From an uncultured Candidatus Saccharibacteria bacterium (GTDB lineage: Bacteria; Patescibacteriota; Minisyncoccia; Minisyncoccales; Staskawiczbacteraceae): DNA of 64,000 bases. A model generated the notes under the pieces. That model ran no database searches and was not told the origin of the DNA. It was given only the letters and a program-made list of their open reading frames with translations. Shown here in pieces: positions 17,702 through 27,212 of the stretch (the first letter of the stretch is position 1; every line of letters starts with the position of its first letter). The translations under genes were made by a program, and so were the position numbers. The stretch lies in the NCBI GenBank assembly GCA_964366875.1, contig CAYIVF010000001.1, positions 8,123 to 72,122 of the forward strand, in the 5' to 3' direction.

Positions 17702-18622
17702 ATGAATCCGCAAATTAAAGTAATAGGAGTGGGAGGCTCTGGCTCTAATACCGTTTCTCGCATGGCTAAGTTTAACATTCAAGGCGTTGAACTTGTTGCC
17801 GTGAATACTGATGCTCAGGCCTTGCATTTTGTAAAAACTAAGGAGAAGATTCTAATTGGTAAAAATATTACCCGCGGTTTAGGCACTGGCATGGATGTTG
17901 TTTTGGGTAAAAAGGCGGCCGAAGAAAGCAGGCAAGAGCTATCAGAAAAATTAAAAGGGGCAGATATGGTTTTTATTACAGGAGGAATGGGAGGCGGCAC
18001 GGGTTCGAGCGCCGCACCAGTTATTGCCGAGCTCTCAAAAGGTCTTGGCATTTTAACTGTTGCCGTGGTAACAACTCCTTTTTCTTTTGAGGGCGAGCAG
18101 AGAAAAAAAGTGGCAGCGCAGGCCCTAGAAAGATTAAAAGCTCAGGTTGATTCTTTGCTAGTTATATCCAACGACAATCTTTTAAAAATAATTGACGAGA
18201 AGACTACGGTATCAAATGCTTTTGAAATTTGCGACGGGATTTTACACGAAGCAGTGCAAGGCATCACTGATTTAATTTTAGTGCCCGGGATTATAAACAT
18301 TGATTTTGCTTCAGTGGTTTCAATTATGAAAAATTCAGGTCACGCTCTTTTTGGAGTCGGCAAAGCAACAGGTGAAAACCGCGCAGTAAAGGCAGCCCAA
18401 GCAGCAATTAATTCTCCTTTGTTGGATTTTTCAATCAAGGGAGCTAAAGGAGTTTTGTTTTCTGCTTTTGGAAACGATATAACTTTAAACGAGATTCAAG
18501 AAGCGGCAAAAATTATTACAGAAAACGTTGATTCAAAAGCGCAGATAATTTTCGGCGCAGTAAAAGACAACAGTTTGAAAAAAGGCGAAATAAAAATCAC
18601 CGCAATCGCAACGAATTTCTAA
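17702..18622 (+). CDS. ftsZ: Cell division GTPase FtsZ (core only, no C-terminal linker/tail)
   Basis: 306 aa. GVGGSGSN, tubulin signature GGGTGSS, NTDAQAL; ends immediately after the core domain. Confidence 0.85.
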   Translation: MNPQIKVIGVGGSGSNTVSRMAKFNIQGVELVAVNTDAQALHFVKTKEKILIGKNITRGLGTGMDVVLGKKAAEESRQELSEKLKGADMVFITGGMGGGTGSSAAPVIAELSKGLGILTVAVVTTPFSFEGEQRKKVAAQALERLKAQVDSLLVISNDNLLKIIDEKTTVSNAFEICDGILHEAVQGITDLILVPGIINIDFASVVSIMKNSGHALFGVGKATGENRAVKAAQAAINSPLLDFSIKGAKGVLFSAFGNDITLNEIQEAAKIITENVDSKAQIIFGAVKDNSLKKGEIKITAIATNF

Positions 18623-18693
18623 AAACAACACAAAATGTCCTAATTTCGGGGCATTTTTTATTGTTTTGCGTCTGATGGGACATGGGTCGCACT

Positions 18694-18702
18694 TATCCAC
18701 AG
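18694..18702 (+). promoter_or_regulatory. Perfect DnaA box TTATCCACA upstream of nrdD
   Basis: Exact 9-mer consensus about 30 bp upstream of a TTGACC-16-TAAAAT promoter-like sequence (about 18729-18760). Confidence 0.45.
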
Positions 18703-18934
18703 ATTTAATATACAAAGTGGGGCTTGACCTGCTTTTTGCTTGGAGTAAAATATAGAAATGGCTTCGCCATTTATGTAATTAATCGCTCGGTTGGAATAAA
18801 AGTTTACTTTTATTCCTTCCTTACTCATAATTATAGTAATGCATTAGACCTCTTACTTAAAAATTTTTTATCCCGAAGATTTTTAAGTTTTAAAATTAAT
18901 AAAAGCCGTGAGGCATTTTTTTGTCCCCAATTTC

Positions 18935-21900
18935 ATGACACCAAGAAAAGAAAAAATAAAAAATCACATTGAAAAAGTACAGAAAAGAGATGGAAGAATC
19001 GCTGATTTTGAGCAGCAAAAAATAACTGACGCTATTTTTAAAGCAATCACTGTAGCTGACCAGGGCGATGGAGTAAAATCAAAAAGAGCGTCGGAAAAAG
19101 TTGCGCAAATTCTAAACAGAAGATTCAAAATAGGAGAAATCCCCAGCATTGAACAAATACAAGACATTGTAGAAGAAGTTTTGATACTAGAAGGCCTAGT
19201 TGATACGGCTCGCGCATATATTCTTTATAGAGAGCAGAGAAGAAGGATCAGAGAGATGGGTACGATTTCTGATGAGTCTTCAGAAAAAATTGATAGCTAT
19301 CTAAAAGAGCTTGATTGGCAGATAGCTGAAAACGCCAACATGACATTTTCTTTGCAGGGACTGAACCAATATGTGGGTTCATTCATTTCTAAAAAATATT
19401 GGCTAAACAAGATTTATCCAAAAGAAATAAGGGAGGCAGCAGCTTCAGAAGATTTTCATATCCATAATTTAGAGCTGCTTGCACCGTATACATTTTTCGG
19501 GAGGGAAGTTATAATTGTTAAAAAAAATAACAGAATAAAATTATCCTCCTTTAAAGATATATATGAAGAGATCGAACAACAAGAAATTTTACTGAATGAA
19601 AAAGACGGTGCTTGGGCAAAATACCCCGAGGGTTTATTTATACTAGATAATGATGGATGGGTTAAGGTTTCCCGGTTAGTGAGAAAAAATAAAGAGAGAG
19701 AAATGAGATTTATAAAATCTGAACAAGGTAGAAGCGTTATTGTTACCGATAACCATCCGTTTATAATAAAAAGAAACGATAAAGAAATAGAAATAGAATC
19801 TAAAGATGTAAAAGAATCTGACCTAATTTTTTCCGCCGATATCCGTTATCTTTTAAAAAATGAAGGTCTTTTTTCGAAGAAATATATATACTTGGCCGAA
19901 GAATTGATTAATAAAAAACACAATGAATTTTTTCTTGAGGGATTTGACTGGCAGGATTTTGTCAATAATTGGGGCGGGTCATTGCAGGCAAAGGGGACAC
20001 TTAGCGTTTCTAACGGAGCCAACAGCCTGGATAATTATTTTGAATTGACAGAAGATATTGGATATTTAGTCGGTATTTTCATAGCAGAGGGAAATTATCA
20101 TAGCTGGAAACTGCAGATTACCAACAGCGACGAAGAAATTATTAAAAAAATTCAAAGGATAGGCGCTTCTATCGGAGTAAGGTCATATATTAACGAAAAG
20201 GAAGGCGCCAAAGCAGTTACCTTTAATTGCAGTACTCTAAAAATGATTTTTGAAAAAGTTTTTCAGATAAAGGAGCTCAGTAAAAATAAAAATTTGCCGC
20301 CAGATATATTAACTTACAATACAGATTTTATAAAAGGCATTATCGCTGGCATCATTGACGGAGATGGCAGTGTCCGCTCGCATAAAAGCAAGCATGACGA
20401 TTCCTTGTCGCAGGTTTTGATTAGAGTCTCTTCGCGAACTTTGCTGGAACAACTATCAGTTCTTCTTCAGTTTTTCGGGATTGTGGCAAGAGACAGAATT
20501 AGTAGCGAAGATATTGGAAAGGTAAATATTTTTAGAGGGAAAGAAATTATACAAAATTATCCGATATACGGACTTTGTTTTTCAAAAAAGCAGGGAATTA
20601 ATTTTCCTTCATTTAAATATCAGAAAGCGGCTGCTACTTCAAAACATTGGAGGGCAGAAGAATACGGATGGAATAAAGTTTTAAATAATAAATTTACCAC
20701 AGTTGCTGATGAAGAAATTTTTGATATTACCACCGAATCTGGCACTTTTATTTGCAATGGACTGTTGGTGCACAACTGCGCGGGGTGGGACTTATACGAT
20801 TTTTTAAAAAGAGGATTTGGCGGAGTTTCGGGAAAAATAGAATGCAAACCTCCAAAACATTTGGGCGTGGCTTTAAGCCAACTGGTAAACGTTTTATATA
20901 CCTTGCAGGGAGAAACAGCGGGAGCCAACGCTGTTTCTAATTTTGATACTCTTTTAGCTCCGTTCATCAGGTACGACCATTTAACATACAAAGAAGTAAA
21001 GCAGGCAATGCAGGAATTTTTATTCGGCTGCATGGTGCCAACTCGCGTTGGTTTTCAAACCCCGTTTTTAAATGTATCTTTGGATATAAAACCGCCCACA
21101 TTTCTTGCAAAACAGCCGGTAATTATTAAAGGAGAACCGCAGAAAGAAACTTATGGCGAGTTTCAGGAAGAGATGAACATGTTTATCCGCGCATTTTATG
21201 AGGGTTTAATGGAGGGAGACGCGAAAGGCAGGCCGTTTACTTTTCCCATACCAACCGTTTCTATCGGTAAAGATTTTGACTGGAATAATTCTAATTTAGA
21301 TGCCTTGTGGGAAGCGACTGCAAAATATGGCATAAACTATTTTTCAAATTTTATACATTCAGATATGAGTCCAGAGGATGCTCGCTCGATGTGTTTGGAT
21401 TCCAAAGAAGAAATTTTGATAAGAAATTCCAAAAAAATTAAAAGAATGTCTATTAAGGAGACAGCTGATAACTATAAAGTTGGCGATTTTGATAGAGAAG
21501 GGTGGGCAGAATGCGAAAAGGAAAAAAACCTGGAAGTTTTATCTTTAAATCCAGACAACTTAAAAACAGAATGGTCTCCGGTAAAAAGATTTTTCAGAGT
21601 TTTTGATGATAAGGCTGTCGAAATTTTTACAGAGGATGGTAAAAGCGCTGTTTTTTCGCAAAAGCATCCTATGCCAGTTTTAACAGAGAGAGGTATTGAA
21701 ATGAAATGGTCAAAAGACATAGAAAAAGGAGATTATCTTCTTTCTATAAAAAAAGCAGAAGATGTTTTAGCAAAGGAGTATCAAAAAATAAATGACTTGG
21801 ACTTAGACAATGATTTGTCGTCTATTTTAGGATATTTTATTGCCGACGGAAATTATCTTTTTGAAAGTAGGAGAAGATATAAACATTATGGAGAACCAAG

Positions 21901-24793
21901 AGGGATGCAGTTTACATTTAAAACTGGAGACAAAGAAAACATAAAAACAATAAAAGGTTTAGTTAAAAAAGTATTTGGCATAGATTGTAAAGAAAAACAA
22001 GACCCAAGGTACAATACTTATTATTTATATATTTATAATACAGAGCTTGCAAGAAGGTTGCATAATGCAGGATTTAAGAAATACGGCAGATTACCTCAAG
22101 TCATATTTAATTCTCCCATAGAAGTTATCAGAAAATTTTTAGAGTTTCATTTTAAGGGTGATGGTTATAAAAAGAGGGGTGAAATTCATATCAATGATTT
22201 GGAACTATCAAGAGATTTAGTTTTATTATATTCTTTGACCGGTCAACCAGTGACCTATAAATTAAGGAAGAACAGCCAGGTTATACGTTTACAACATTCA
22301 AAATCTAAAATAAAAAAGAATAATGGCTGGTTAAATAACCCAATTCTATCAGAAAGAGTGCCGGGGTGGATGGGATTTTCAACATTTAAAGTGCCCGGTC
22401 TTACAAAATCGAGAATGGTAGGATTTGATGTATTAGAAAAATATAATGCGCACACAGAAAATAGTCTAAAAATTAAAAATAGCGACATTTATGTTAGCAG
22501 AGTTAAAAATGTAAGCACAAAAAATTATAAAGAATTGAAAGAGTTTTATGATGTAGAGTTGGAAAAAAATCATTTATTTTTGCATTCCTTGGGACAAGTG
22601 TCTTTTAATTGTTGCCGGCTTCGTTTAGACAACAGGGAACTTTACAAAAGAGGCGGCGGATTGTTTGGTTCGGCCCCCTTAACCGGTTCAATCGGGGTTG
22701 TTACGATTAACATGCCCAGGATTGGATATTTATCAAAAACTAAAAAAGATTTTTTTGAAAGATTGGGCCACTTGATGGATTTAGCAAAAGAAAGTTTGGA
22801 AATTAAAAGAAAGGCGCTGGAGAACTTTATGGATAAAGGCCTTTATCCTTATTCTCGCCACTATTTAGACGGAGTTAAGCTTTTAAGAAACTCATATTTT
22901 GGAAATCATTTTTCTACTATCGGGCTGATAGGAATGAATGAAATGCTTTTGAATTTTCTAGAAGAAAACATAGCTTCAAAAAATGGCAAGAAGTTTGCTT
23001 TAGAAGTTTTAGATTTTATGAGAGAGAGGATGATAAAATATCAAGAAGAAACAGGCAATTTATATAACTTGGAGGCGACTCCGGGCGAAGGAACAAGCTA
23101 CAGGCAGGCAAAAACAGACAAAGAAAAGTATCCGGATATTATTACGGCAGGCACCGAAGAGGTTCCATATTATACGAATTCAACTCATTTGCCGGTGGAT
23201 TATACTACAGATCCCTTTGAGGCGTTAAAACTGCAAGATGAACTTCAAACAAAATATACTGGCGGCTGCATAGAGGGGGGAAATAAGGTTTTAACAGATA
23301 AAGGATTGTTGCTCATTGAAGATATTGTGAAAAATTTTGATGAATTAAAACCTATCAAAGCGTTAAGCTATAACAAAGACCAAAAAAATAGCGAATGGGA
23401 TAAAATTTTGGAAGCAGTAAAAATTGATGTAAAAAAACATAATAAAATCAAGATAAAAGGAGAAAAAAACTTAGATATTGTTACATCTGATTGGCATCCT
23501 TTTTTTGTTCTGAAAAGATTTAAGCCAAATCCCGCTTGCCCTATTTGCCACACAGAAACATTTACTCTTAAAGGATTTGCTGGTCATATTAGATGGTATC
23601 CAGATTGCGGTAGAAAATATCAGGATTTTCCCAAGTACCATGTAATAGAAAAAAGAGCAGATGAATTAAAGGTGGGCGATTATATCCTGCAGAATTCATA
23701 TAATTTATATCCTGAAAAAGAAACAGAGCTCAATAATGATTTAATGTGGCTCATTGGATTTTTTATCGGTGACGGCTCTATCTCAAAATATATTGATAAT
23801 AGGGGCGGAAACAATTTAGAGAGGCATAAAATTAGGTTTTTTAGCGAGCACAAAGAAGCATTAAATAAAATAGTAGAAATCCTTAATAAATATTTTTCTG
23901 CTGAAGTAAAAATTATTAAAAACGATAAAAGAAGCGAAAAACTTTTAGAGGTTGCAAGTTCTAAAAAAGATATAGTAGATTTCTTTTTCAAATATGGATT
24001 TTGGGCAGGTGAAAAATCCAGCCGCATATTTATTCCTGATAAAGTGAAAAACAATATCAATAAAGAAAATATTTTTTCTTTATTATCTGGTTTAGCAGAC
24101 AGCGATGGGCATATAAGCAAACGTGATGGAGATTTTGAATATTATTCTATTTCCCAAAAATTGGCTGATGATATTTTAGAAATATGTTCTATTGCCGGAA
24201 TTATGTTCAGCAAGGCTATAAAAAAGACTAAAAGAAAAAACGAATTAGACATCTGGAGGATAAGAATACCCGCCTATGAAGTTACGAAAATAAAATCCCA
24301 CCTAACAAACACTATTCATCTTTTAAGAATTAAAGAGAATTTATCAAACAGAAAGAAACGTTATTTGCCCGTTGTGAGAGTAAAAGAAGTTTCTAAAGTT
24401 GACGTAAAAGATAATCAATTTTACGACTTGATGACAGAAAATAACCACAATTATTTGGCAGGAAAAGATAGTTTAGTATTTGTCCACAATACCGTCTGCC
24501 ACTTGTTTTTAGGAGAGAAAATTTCTGACCCCCAAATGGCAAAAAACTTAGTCAGAAAAGTTTTTGAGAAATTCCATTTGCCGTATATAACGCTTACACC
24601 AACTTTTTCAATTTGTCCTACGCATGGCTATTTATCAGGAGAGCACTTTGAATGCCCGCAATGTACGGTAAAGCAGCCCTGCGAGGTTTATTCAAGAGTA
24701 GTGGGGTATATAAGGCCGGTTCAGCAGTGGCATAAAGGCAAAAAGCAAGAATACAAAGAAAGAAAAGAGTATAAGATGCCAGCTGCAGTATAG
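18935..24793 (+). CDS. nrdD: Anaerobic (class III) ribonucleoside-triphosphate reductase interrupted by three inteins
   Basis: Track ORF 18908-24793 (1961 aa); start more likely MTPRKE at 18935. ATP-cone N-terminus; extein segments match NrdD blocks (HIHNLE, CAGWDL...KPPK, TPF, GGGLFGS...IGVVTINMPRI, YYTNSTHL, C-terminal CxxC...CPxC glycyl-radical/Zn region). Estimated extein total about 720 aa. Confidence 0.85.
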   Translation: MTPRKEKIKNHIEKVQKRDGRIADFEQQKITDAIFKAITVADQGDGVKSKRASEKVAQILNRRFKIGEIPSIEQIQDIVEEVLILEGLVDTARAYILYREQRRRIREMGTISDESSEKIDSYLKELDWQIAENANMTFSLQGLNQYVGSFISKKYWLNKIYPKEIREAAASEDFHIHNLELLAPYTFFGREVIIVKKNNRIKLSSFKDIYEEIEQQEILLNEKDGAWAKYPEGLFILDNDGWVKVSRLVRKNKEREMRFIKSEQGRSVIVTDNHPFIIKRNDKEIEIESKDVKESDLIFSADIRYLLKNEGLFSKKYIYLAEELINKKHNEFFLEGFDWQDFVNNWGGSLQAKGTLSVSNGANSLDNYFELTEDIGYLVGIFIAEGNYHSWKLQITNSDEEIIKKIQRIGASIGVRSYINEKEGAKAVTFNCSTLKMIFEKVFQIKELSKNKNLPPDILTYNTDFIKGIIAGIIDGDGSVRSHKSKHDDSLSQVLIRVSSRTLLEQLSVLLQFFGIVARDRISSEDIGKVNIFRGKEIIQNYPIYGLCFSKKQGINFPSFKYQKAAATSKHWRAEEYGWNKVLNNKFTTVADEEIFDITTESGTFICNGLLVHNCAGWDLYDFLKRGFGGVSGKIECKPPKHLGVALSQLVNVLYTLQGETAGANAVSNFDTLLAPFIRYDHLTYKEVKQAMQEFLFGCMVPTRVGFQTPFLNVSLDIKPPTFLAKQPVIIKGEPQKETYGEFQEEMNMFIRAFYEGLMEGDAKGRPFTFPIPTVSIGKDFDWNNSNLDALWEATAKYGINYFSNFIHSDMSPEDARSMCLDSKEEILIRNSKKIKRMSIKETADNYKVGDFDREGWAECEKEKNLEVLSLNPDNLKTEWSPVKRFFRVFDDKAVEIFTEDGKSAVFSQKHPMPVLTERGIEMKWSKDIEKGDYLLSIKKAEDVLAKEYQKINDLDLDNDLSSILGYFIADGNYLFESRRRYKHYGEPRGMQFTFKTGDKENIKTIKGLVKKVFGIDCKEKQDPRYNTYYLYIYNTELARRLHNAGFKKYGRLPQVIFNSPIEVIRKFLEFHFKGDGYKKRGEIHINDLELSRDLVLLYSLTGQPVTYKLRKNSQVIRLQHSKSKIKKNNGWLNNPILSERVPGWMGFSTFKVPGLTKSRMVGFDVLEKYNAHTENSLKIKNSDIYVSRVKNVSTKNYKELKEFYDVELEKNHLFLHSLGQVSFNCCRLRLDNRELYKRGGGLFGSAPLTGSIGVVTINMPRIGYLSKTKKDFFERLGHLMDLAKESLEIKRKALENFMDKGLYPYSRHYLDGVKLLRNSYFGNHFSTIGLIGMNEMLLNFLEENIASKNGKKFALEVLDFMRERMIKYQEETGNLYNLEATPGEGTSYRQAKTDKEKYPDIITAGTEEVPYYTNSTHLPVDYTTDPFEALKLQDELQTKYTGGCIEGGNKVLTDKGLLLIEDIVKNFDELKPIKALSYNKDQKNSEWDKILEAVKIDVKKHNKIKIKGEKNLDIVTSDWHPFFVLKRFKPNPACPICHTETFTLKGFAGHIRWYPDCGRKYQDFPKYHVIEKRADELKVGDYILQNSYNLYPEKETELNNDLMWLIGFFIGDGSISKYIDNRGGNNLERHKIRFFSEHKEALNKIVEILNKYFSAEVKIIKNDKRSEKLLEVASSKKDIVDFFFKYGFWAGEKSSRIFIPDKVKNNINKENIFSLLSGLADSDGHISKRDGDFEYYSISQKLADDILEICSIAGIMFSKAIKKTKRKNELDIWRIRIPAYEVTKIKSHLTNTIHLLRIKENLSNRKKRYLPVVRVKEVSKVDVKDNQFYDLMTENNHNYLAGKDSLVFVHNTVCHLFLGEKISDPQMAKNLVRKVFEKFHLPYITLTPTFSICPTHGYLSGEHFECPQCTVKQPCEVYSRVVGYIRPVQQWHKGKKQEYKERKEYKMPAAV
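19502..20776 (+). mobile_element. Intein 1 in nrdD with LAGLIDADG homing-endonuclease domain (N-terminal boundary uncertain)
   Basis: Ends ...NGLLVHN followed by Cys+1 (CAGWDL). Block B-like TDNHPF. LAGLIDADG motifs IGYLVGIFIAEGNY and IKGIIAGIIDGDGS. The first residue is not the expected Cys/Ser. Confidence 0.6.
21392..22609 (+). mobile_element. Intein 2 in nrdD with LAGLIDADG homing-endonuclease domain
   Basis: Begins CLDSKEEILI after ...ARSM; ends ...VSFN followed by Cys+1 (CRLRLD aligns with NrdD GCRSF). LAGLIDADG motifs ILGYFIADGNY and KFLEFHFKGDGY. Confidence 0.65.
23267..24490 (+). mobile_element. Intein 3 in nrdD with LAGLIDADG homing-endonuclease domain and an internal zinc ribbon
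   Basis: Begins CIEGGNKVLTDKG after ...KYTGG; ends ...SLVFVHN followed by Thr+1. LAGLIDADG motifs LMWLIGFFIGDGSIS and LLSGLADSDGHIS. Cys cluster CPICHTE...CGRK. Confidence 0.65.
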
Positions 24794-24806
24794 AAATAGC
24801 GTAATT

Positions 24807-25529
24807 ATGATAATCGCTGGTCTCCAAAAAACAACTTTAATTGATTATCCAGGCAAAATAGCCTGCACGGTTTTTTTGGCTGTTTGTAATTTTCGTTGCC
24901 CGTGGTGCTATTCGGGGGAGCTTGTCTTGCCCGAAAAAATTATAAAACAACCAAGAATACAGGAAAAAGATTTTTTTAATTTTTTAAAAGAAAGACAAGG
25001 CCTTTTAGATGCGGCTGTAATTTGCGGCGGAGAGCCAACAGTGAATAAAGATCTGCCAGCTTTTGTAGAGAAAATAAAGAAAATAGGCTTTTTAGTAAAG
25101 CTTGATACAAATGGTTCCAATCCGGAAATGCTAAAAGATTTAATCAAAAGAAACTTGATAGATTATGTGGCAATGGATATAAAAACAAGTCAAAAGTCAA
25201 AAGTCAAAAGTCAAAAGTTATTGTATGAGTCGATTATGACAGATGGGATTACAATGAATAAAATACGAGAAAGTGTAGATTTTTTAAAGAAGGGTTTGGT
25301 TGATTTTGAGTTTAGGACAACCGTAGTAAATACAATCCACAAAAAAGAAGATTTTTTAGAAATTGCCAAATGGATAGGCGGCCAAAATGTAAAATATTAT
25401 TTGCAGAACTTTGTGCCGGAAAAGACAATTGACCCAGAATTTGAAAAAGTAAAACCATTTGGCAAAGAATTCTTAGAAAACATTGCAAAAGAAATTTCTC
25501 CTTATTTTAAAGTTTGCCAGGTAAGATAA
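24807..25529 (+). CDS. nrdG: Anaerobic ribonucleotide reductase activating protein (radical SAM)
   Basis: 240 aa. CNFRCPWC (CxxxCxxC radical-SAM cluster motif), glycine-rich SAM site GGEPT; directly downstream of nrdD. Contains a 7-bp x4 repeat (25188-25216). Confidence 0.8.
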   Translation: MIIAGLQKTTLIDYPGKIACTVFLAVCNFRCPWCYSGELVLPEKIIKQPRIQEKDFFNFLKERQGLLDAAVICGGEPTVNKDLPAFVEKIKKIGFLVKLDTNGSNPEMLKDLIKRNLIDYVAMDIKTSQKSKVKSQKLLYESIMTDGITMNKIRESVDFLKKGLVDFEFRTTVVNTIHKKEDFLEIAKWIGGQNVKYYLQNFVPEKTIDPEFEKVKPFGKEFLENIAKEISPYFKVCQVR

Positions 25530-25585
25530 CCTTTTAGTTTTCGTAAAAGTAAAATAAAAGAGCCTCCTGCGAAAAAATTTCGCTG

Positions 25586-25640
25586 AAGGCTCAAGGTGTC
25601 AAGAGAGACAAGTCCTCAAGACTTCAAGGCTCAGAACTTC
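25586..25640 (-). repeat. Array of five CTTGA motifs (coding-strand sense) in the 3' end/3'UTR of GC-rich gene A
   Basis: ggctcaaggtgtcaagagagacaagtcctcaagacttcaaggctc has TCAAG every 8-9 bp. Similar array at 27150-27212. Confidence 0.5.
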
Positions 25641-26386
25641 CGAGTGGACGAGACGCCCAAGAAGTCGTAGGGGGAGTCACCCCAGCCGCCGCTGACACCG
25701 AGACCCTCCGAATCGAAGCGGCCGACGCTGACACGGCCGCCGCCCGAATCCACAGAGGATGTGCGGACGTAGATGTGCTCGAACAGCCGTTCGCCAGTAG
25801 CCAGGTAGTGGCCGATGATGGTATAGACCATCACTTGAGCACTGGGCACTTCATCGTCCTTGCTGAGCAGTGCCTGCTGCTCTTGCCAGTTCTGCGAAGT
25901 GGAATTGTCCACTGGGGTCTTGCGAACCAACTGCCAAGTAATTTCGCCGTGCTTTTTGGAAAATGACTTCTTGTTATAGCAGTCCTGATTGTAGAACAAT
26001 CCCTTGTCCTGCACCTTGCCCCGGATTTCAAGGATCGAGAGCGTGAACACTGCCACGAGCACGTGCGTGTCCTTCGAGTGCCCGAGCACTGCCTCGGAGA
26101 ACGGAATCTCCGAAAGAGCTGCGAATTGCTGGCGGATTGGATTGACCCCGAAGTGCTTGATGGCTTTTTCGACTCCGAAGAAGTTGCGTCCCATAATCTC
26201 ACGGGCACGCTTCTGACTGGTCGTTGGTTCGAATCCGCCGCTAATGGCAAACTTTGCCAAACGACCGACAAATTCGGGATTAGAATTGACCCGAGTGATG
26301 ACAGCATCGGCATCATCGCCTAGGGCTGTGAGAAACTGGTGCCCGGCAGCGTACACGCTACCACTTTCAATCTGTGTCCATTTCAT
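25631..26386 (-). CDS. Hypothetical protein A of a GC-rich paralogous pair (unknown function)
   Basis: 251 aa. Strong RBS AAGGAG 6 nt upstream of ATG. GC much higher than flanks. Paralogous to gene B (shared segments N.EFVGRLAKFAISGGFEP / NEEVGSSYGYLSGYKP; ERLFEHIY...SGGG / ERLQHYD...SDGGDG). Confidence 0.55.
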   Translation of the reverse strand: MKWTQIESGSVYAAGHQFLTALGDDADAVITRVNSNPEFVGRLAKFAISGGFEPTTSQKRAREIMGRNFFGVEKAIKHFGVNPIRQQFAALSEIPFSEAVLGHSKDTHVLVAVFTLSILEIRGKVQDKGLFYNQDCYNKKSFSKKHGEITWQLVRKTPVDNSTSQNWQEQQALLSKDDEVPSAQVMVYTIIGHYLATGERLFEHIYVRTSSVDSGGGRVSVGRFDSEGLGVSGGWGDSPYDFLGVSSTRKF

Positions 26387-26659
26387 GACATTCTCCTTTG
26401 CCGTTAACTCTTGCGAGCGATCGGCTCTGGATATTCTGCAAACGTGCAGTTACGGTCTATCTCGGAATGAGACGAGCGGTTTACCCCTGTTTTTCAGGGA
26501 CAAAACGCTCGCCTCATATTTCTGAACCATAATTTCAAAGAGCTCCCCTTGTATATTTCTATTATAACAAACCATATGAAAATGTCAAGTTTTTAGAGGC
26601 ATTTTTTATTTTAATAATTTTTAAAATAATAATTTGTGGTATTATAAAAAATATAAACC

Positions 26660-26902
26660 ATGATGACTCCGTCAAAAATACTTTTTTATTTTTGCATTTC
26701 ATTTATTGTGGGAATATTTTTAGAGTCAATTATTAAAATTCCCTCAATTTTTATTTGGGGGATTTTAATTTTTGCAACTTTAATTATTTTTATTTGCCTG
26801 CTTTTGTCCATCCTTATCACTGGAAGTAGAGGTTTACTTTCTATATTTGCAGAACTATATCCTCGCATTCCTGTATTTTATGCAGTAGCACCAAGTTTTT
26901 GA
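26660..26902 (+). pseudogene. Duplicated comEC promoter/5' fragment (first ~50 codons of ComEC) without the rest of the gene
   Basis: 26669-26810 is nearly identical to 28339-28481 (MMTPSKILFYFCISFIVGIFLESIIKIPSIFIWGILIFATLIIFICLLLS vs ComEC N-terminus); similarity decays on both sides. Confidence 0.6.
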
Positions 26903-27094
26903 TGAAACCCAGACCTACTCTAGATAAAAGCAAGCAGTATCTCCTAAATCAGCTCGCTCTCGGAAACCTTAATCGCCAAGATTCTGGCTGTTTTCTCTTT
27001 TAAGAGAGATTTCGGCGTTAGCAATCCTTGAACTGCCAAACATTAGCCTACTTTCGTTTTTTATTATACTAAAAAATACAATTATTGGAAGTCA

Positions 27095-27160
27095 GTGTAA
27101 AAAAAGAAGGGGTTGCTTGCATTGTTAGTGCAAGACAATCCCTTTTTGTCGCCGACTTCA
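27095..27160. terminator. Bidirectional terminator-like hairpin (aggggttgcttgcattgttagtgcaagacaatccct flanked by A-run/T-run)
   Basis: Nested stems gggg/ccc and cttgca/tgcaag with aaaaaaa upstream and ttttt downstream. Confidence 0.5.
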
Positions 27161-27212
27161 AGAAATCAAGTGTTAATGGCTCAAGAGAGCCAATGACTCA
27201 AGATTTCAAGAG
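27150..27212 (-). repeat. Array of five CTTGA motifs in the 3' end/3'UTR of GC-rich gene B
   Basis: gacttcaagaaatcaagtgttaatggctcaagagagccaatgactcaagatttcaagagtc. Confidence 0.5.

Noticed and set aside
18724-18972. Track ORF 18724-18972 upstream of and overlapping the nrdD start
   Set aside because: It overlaps the nrdD promoter region and the alternative N-terminal extension; it has no RBS and a low-complexity product. The nrdD start at 18935 matches the NrdD N-terminal consensus.
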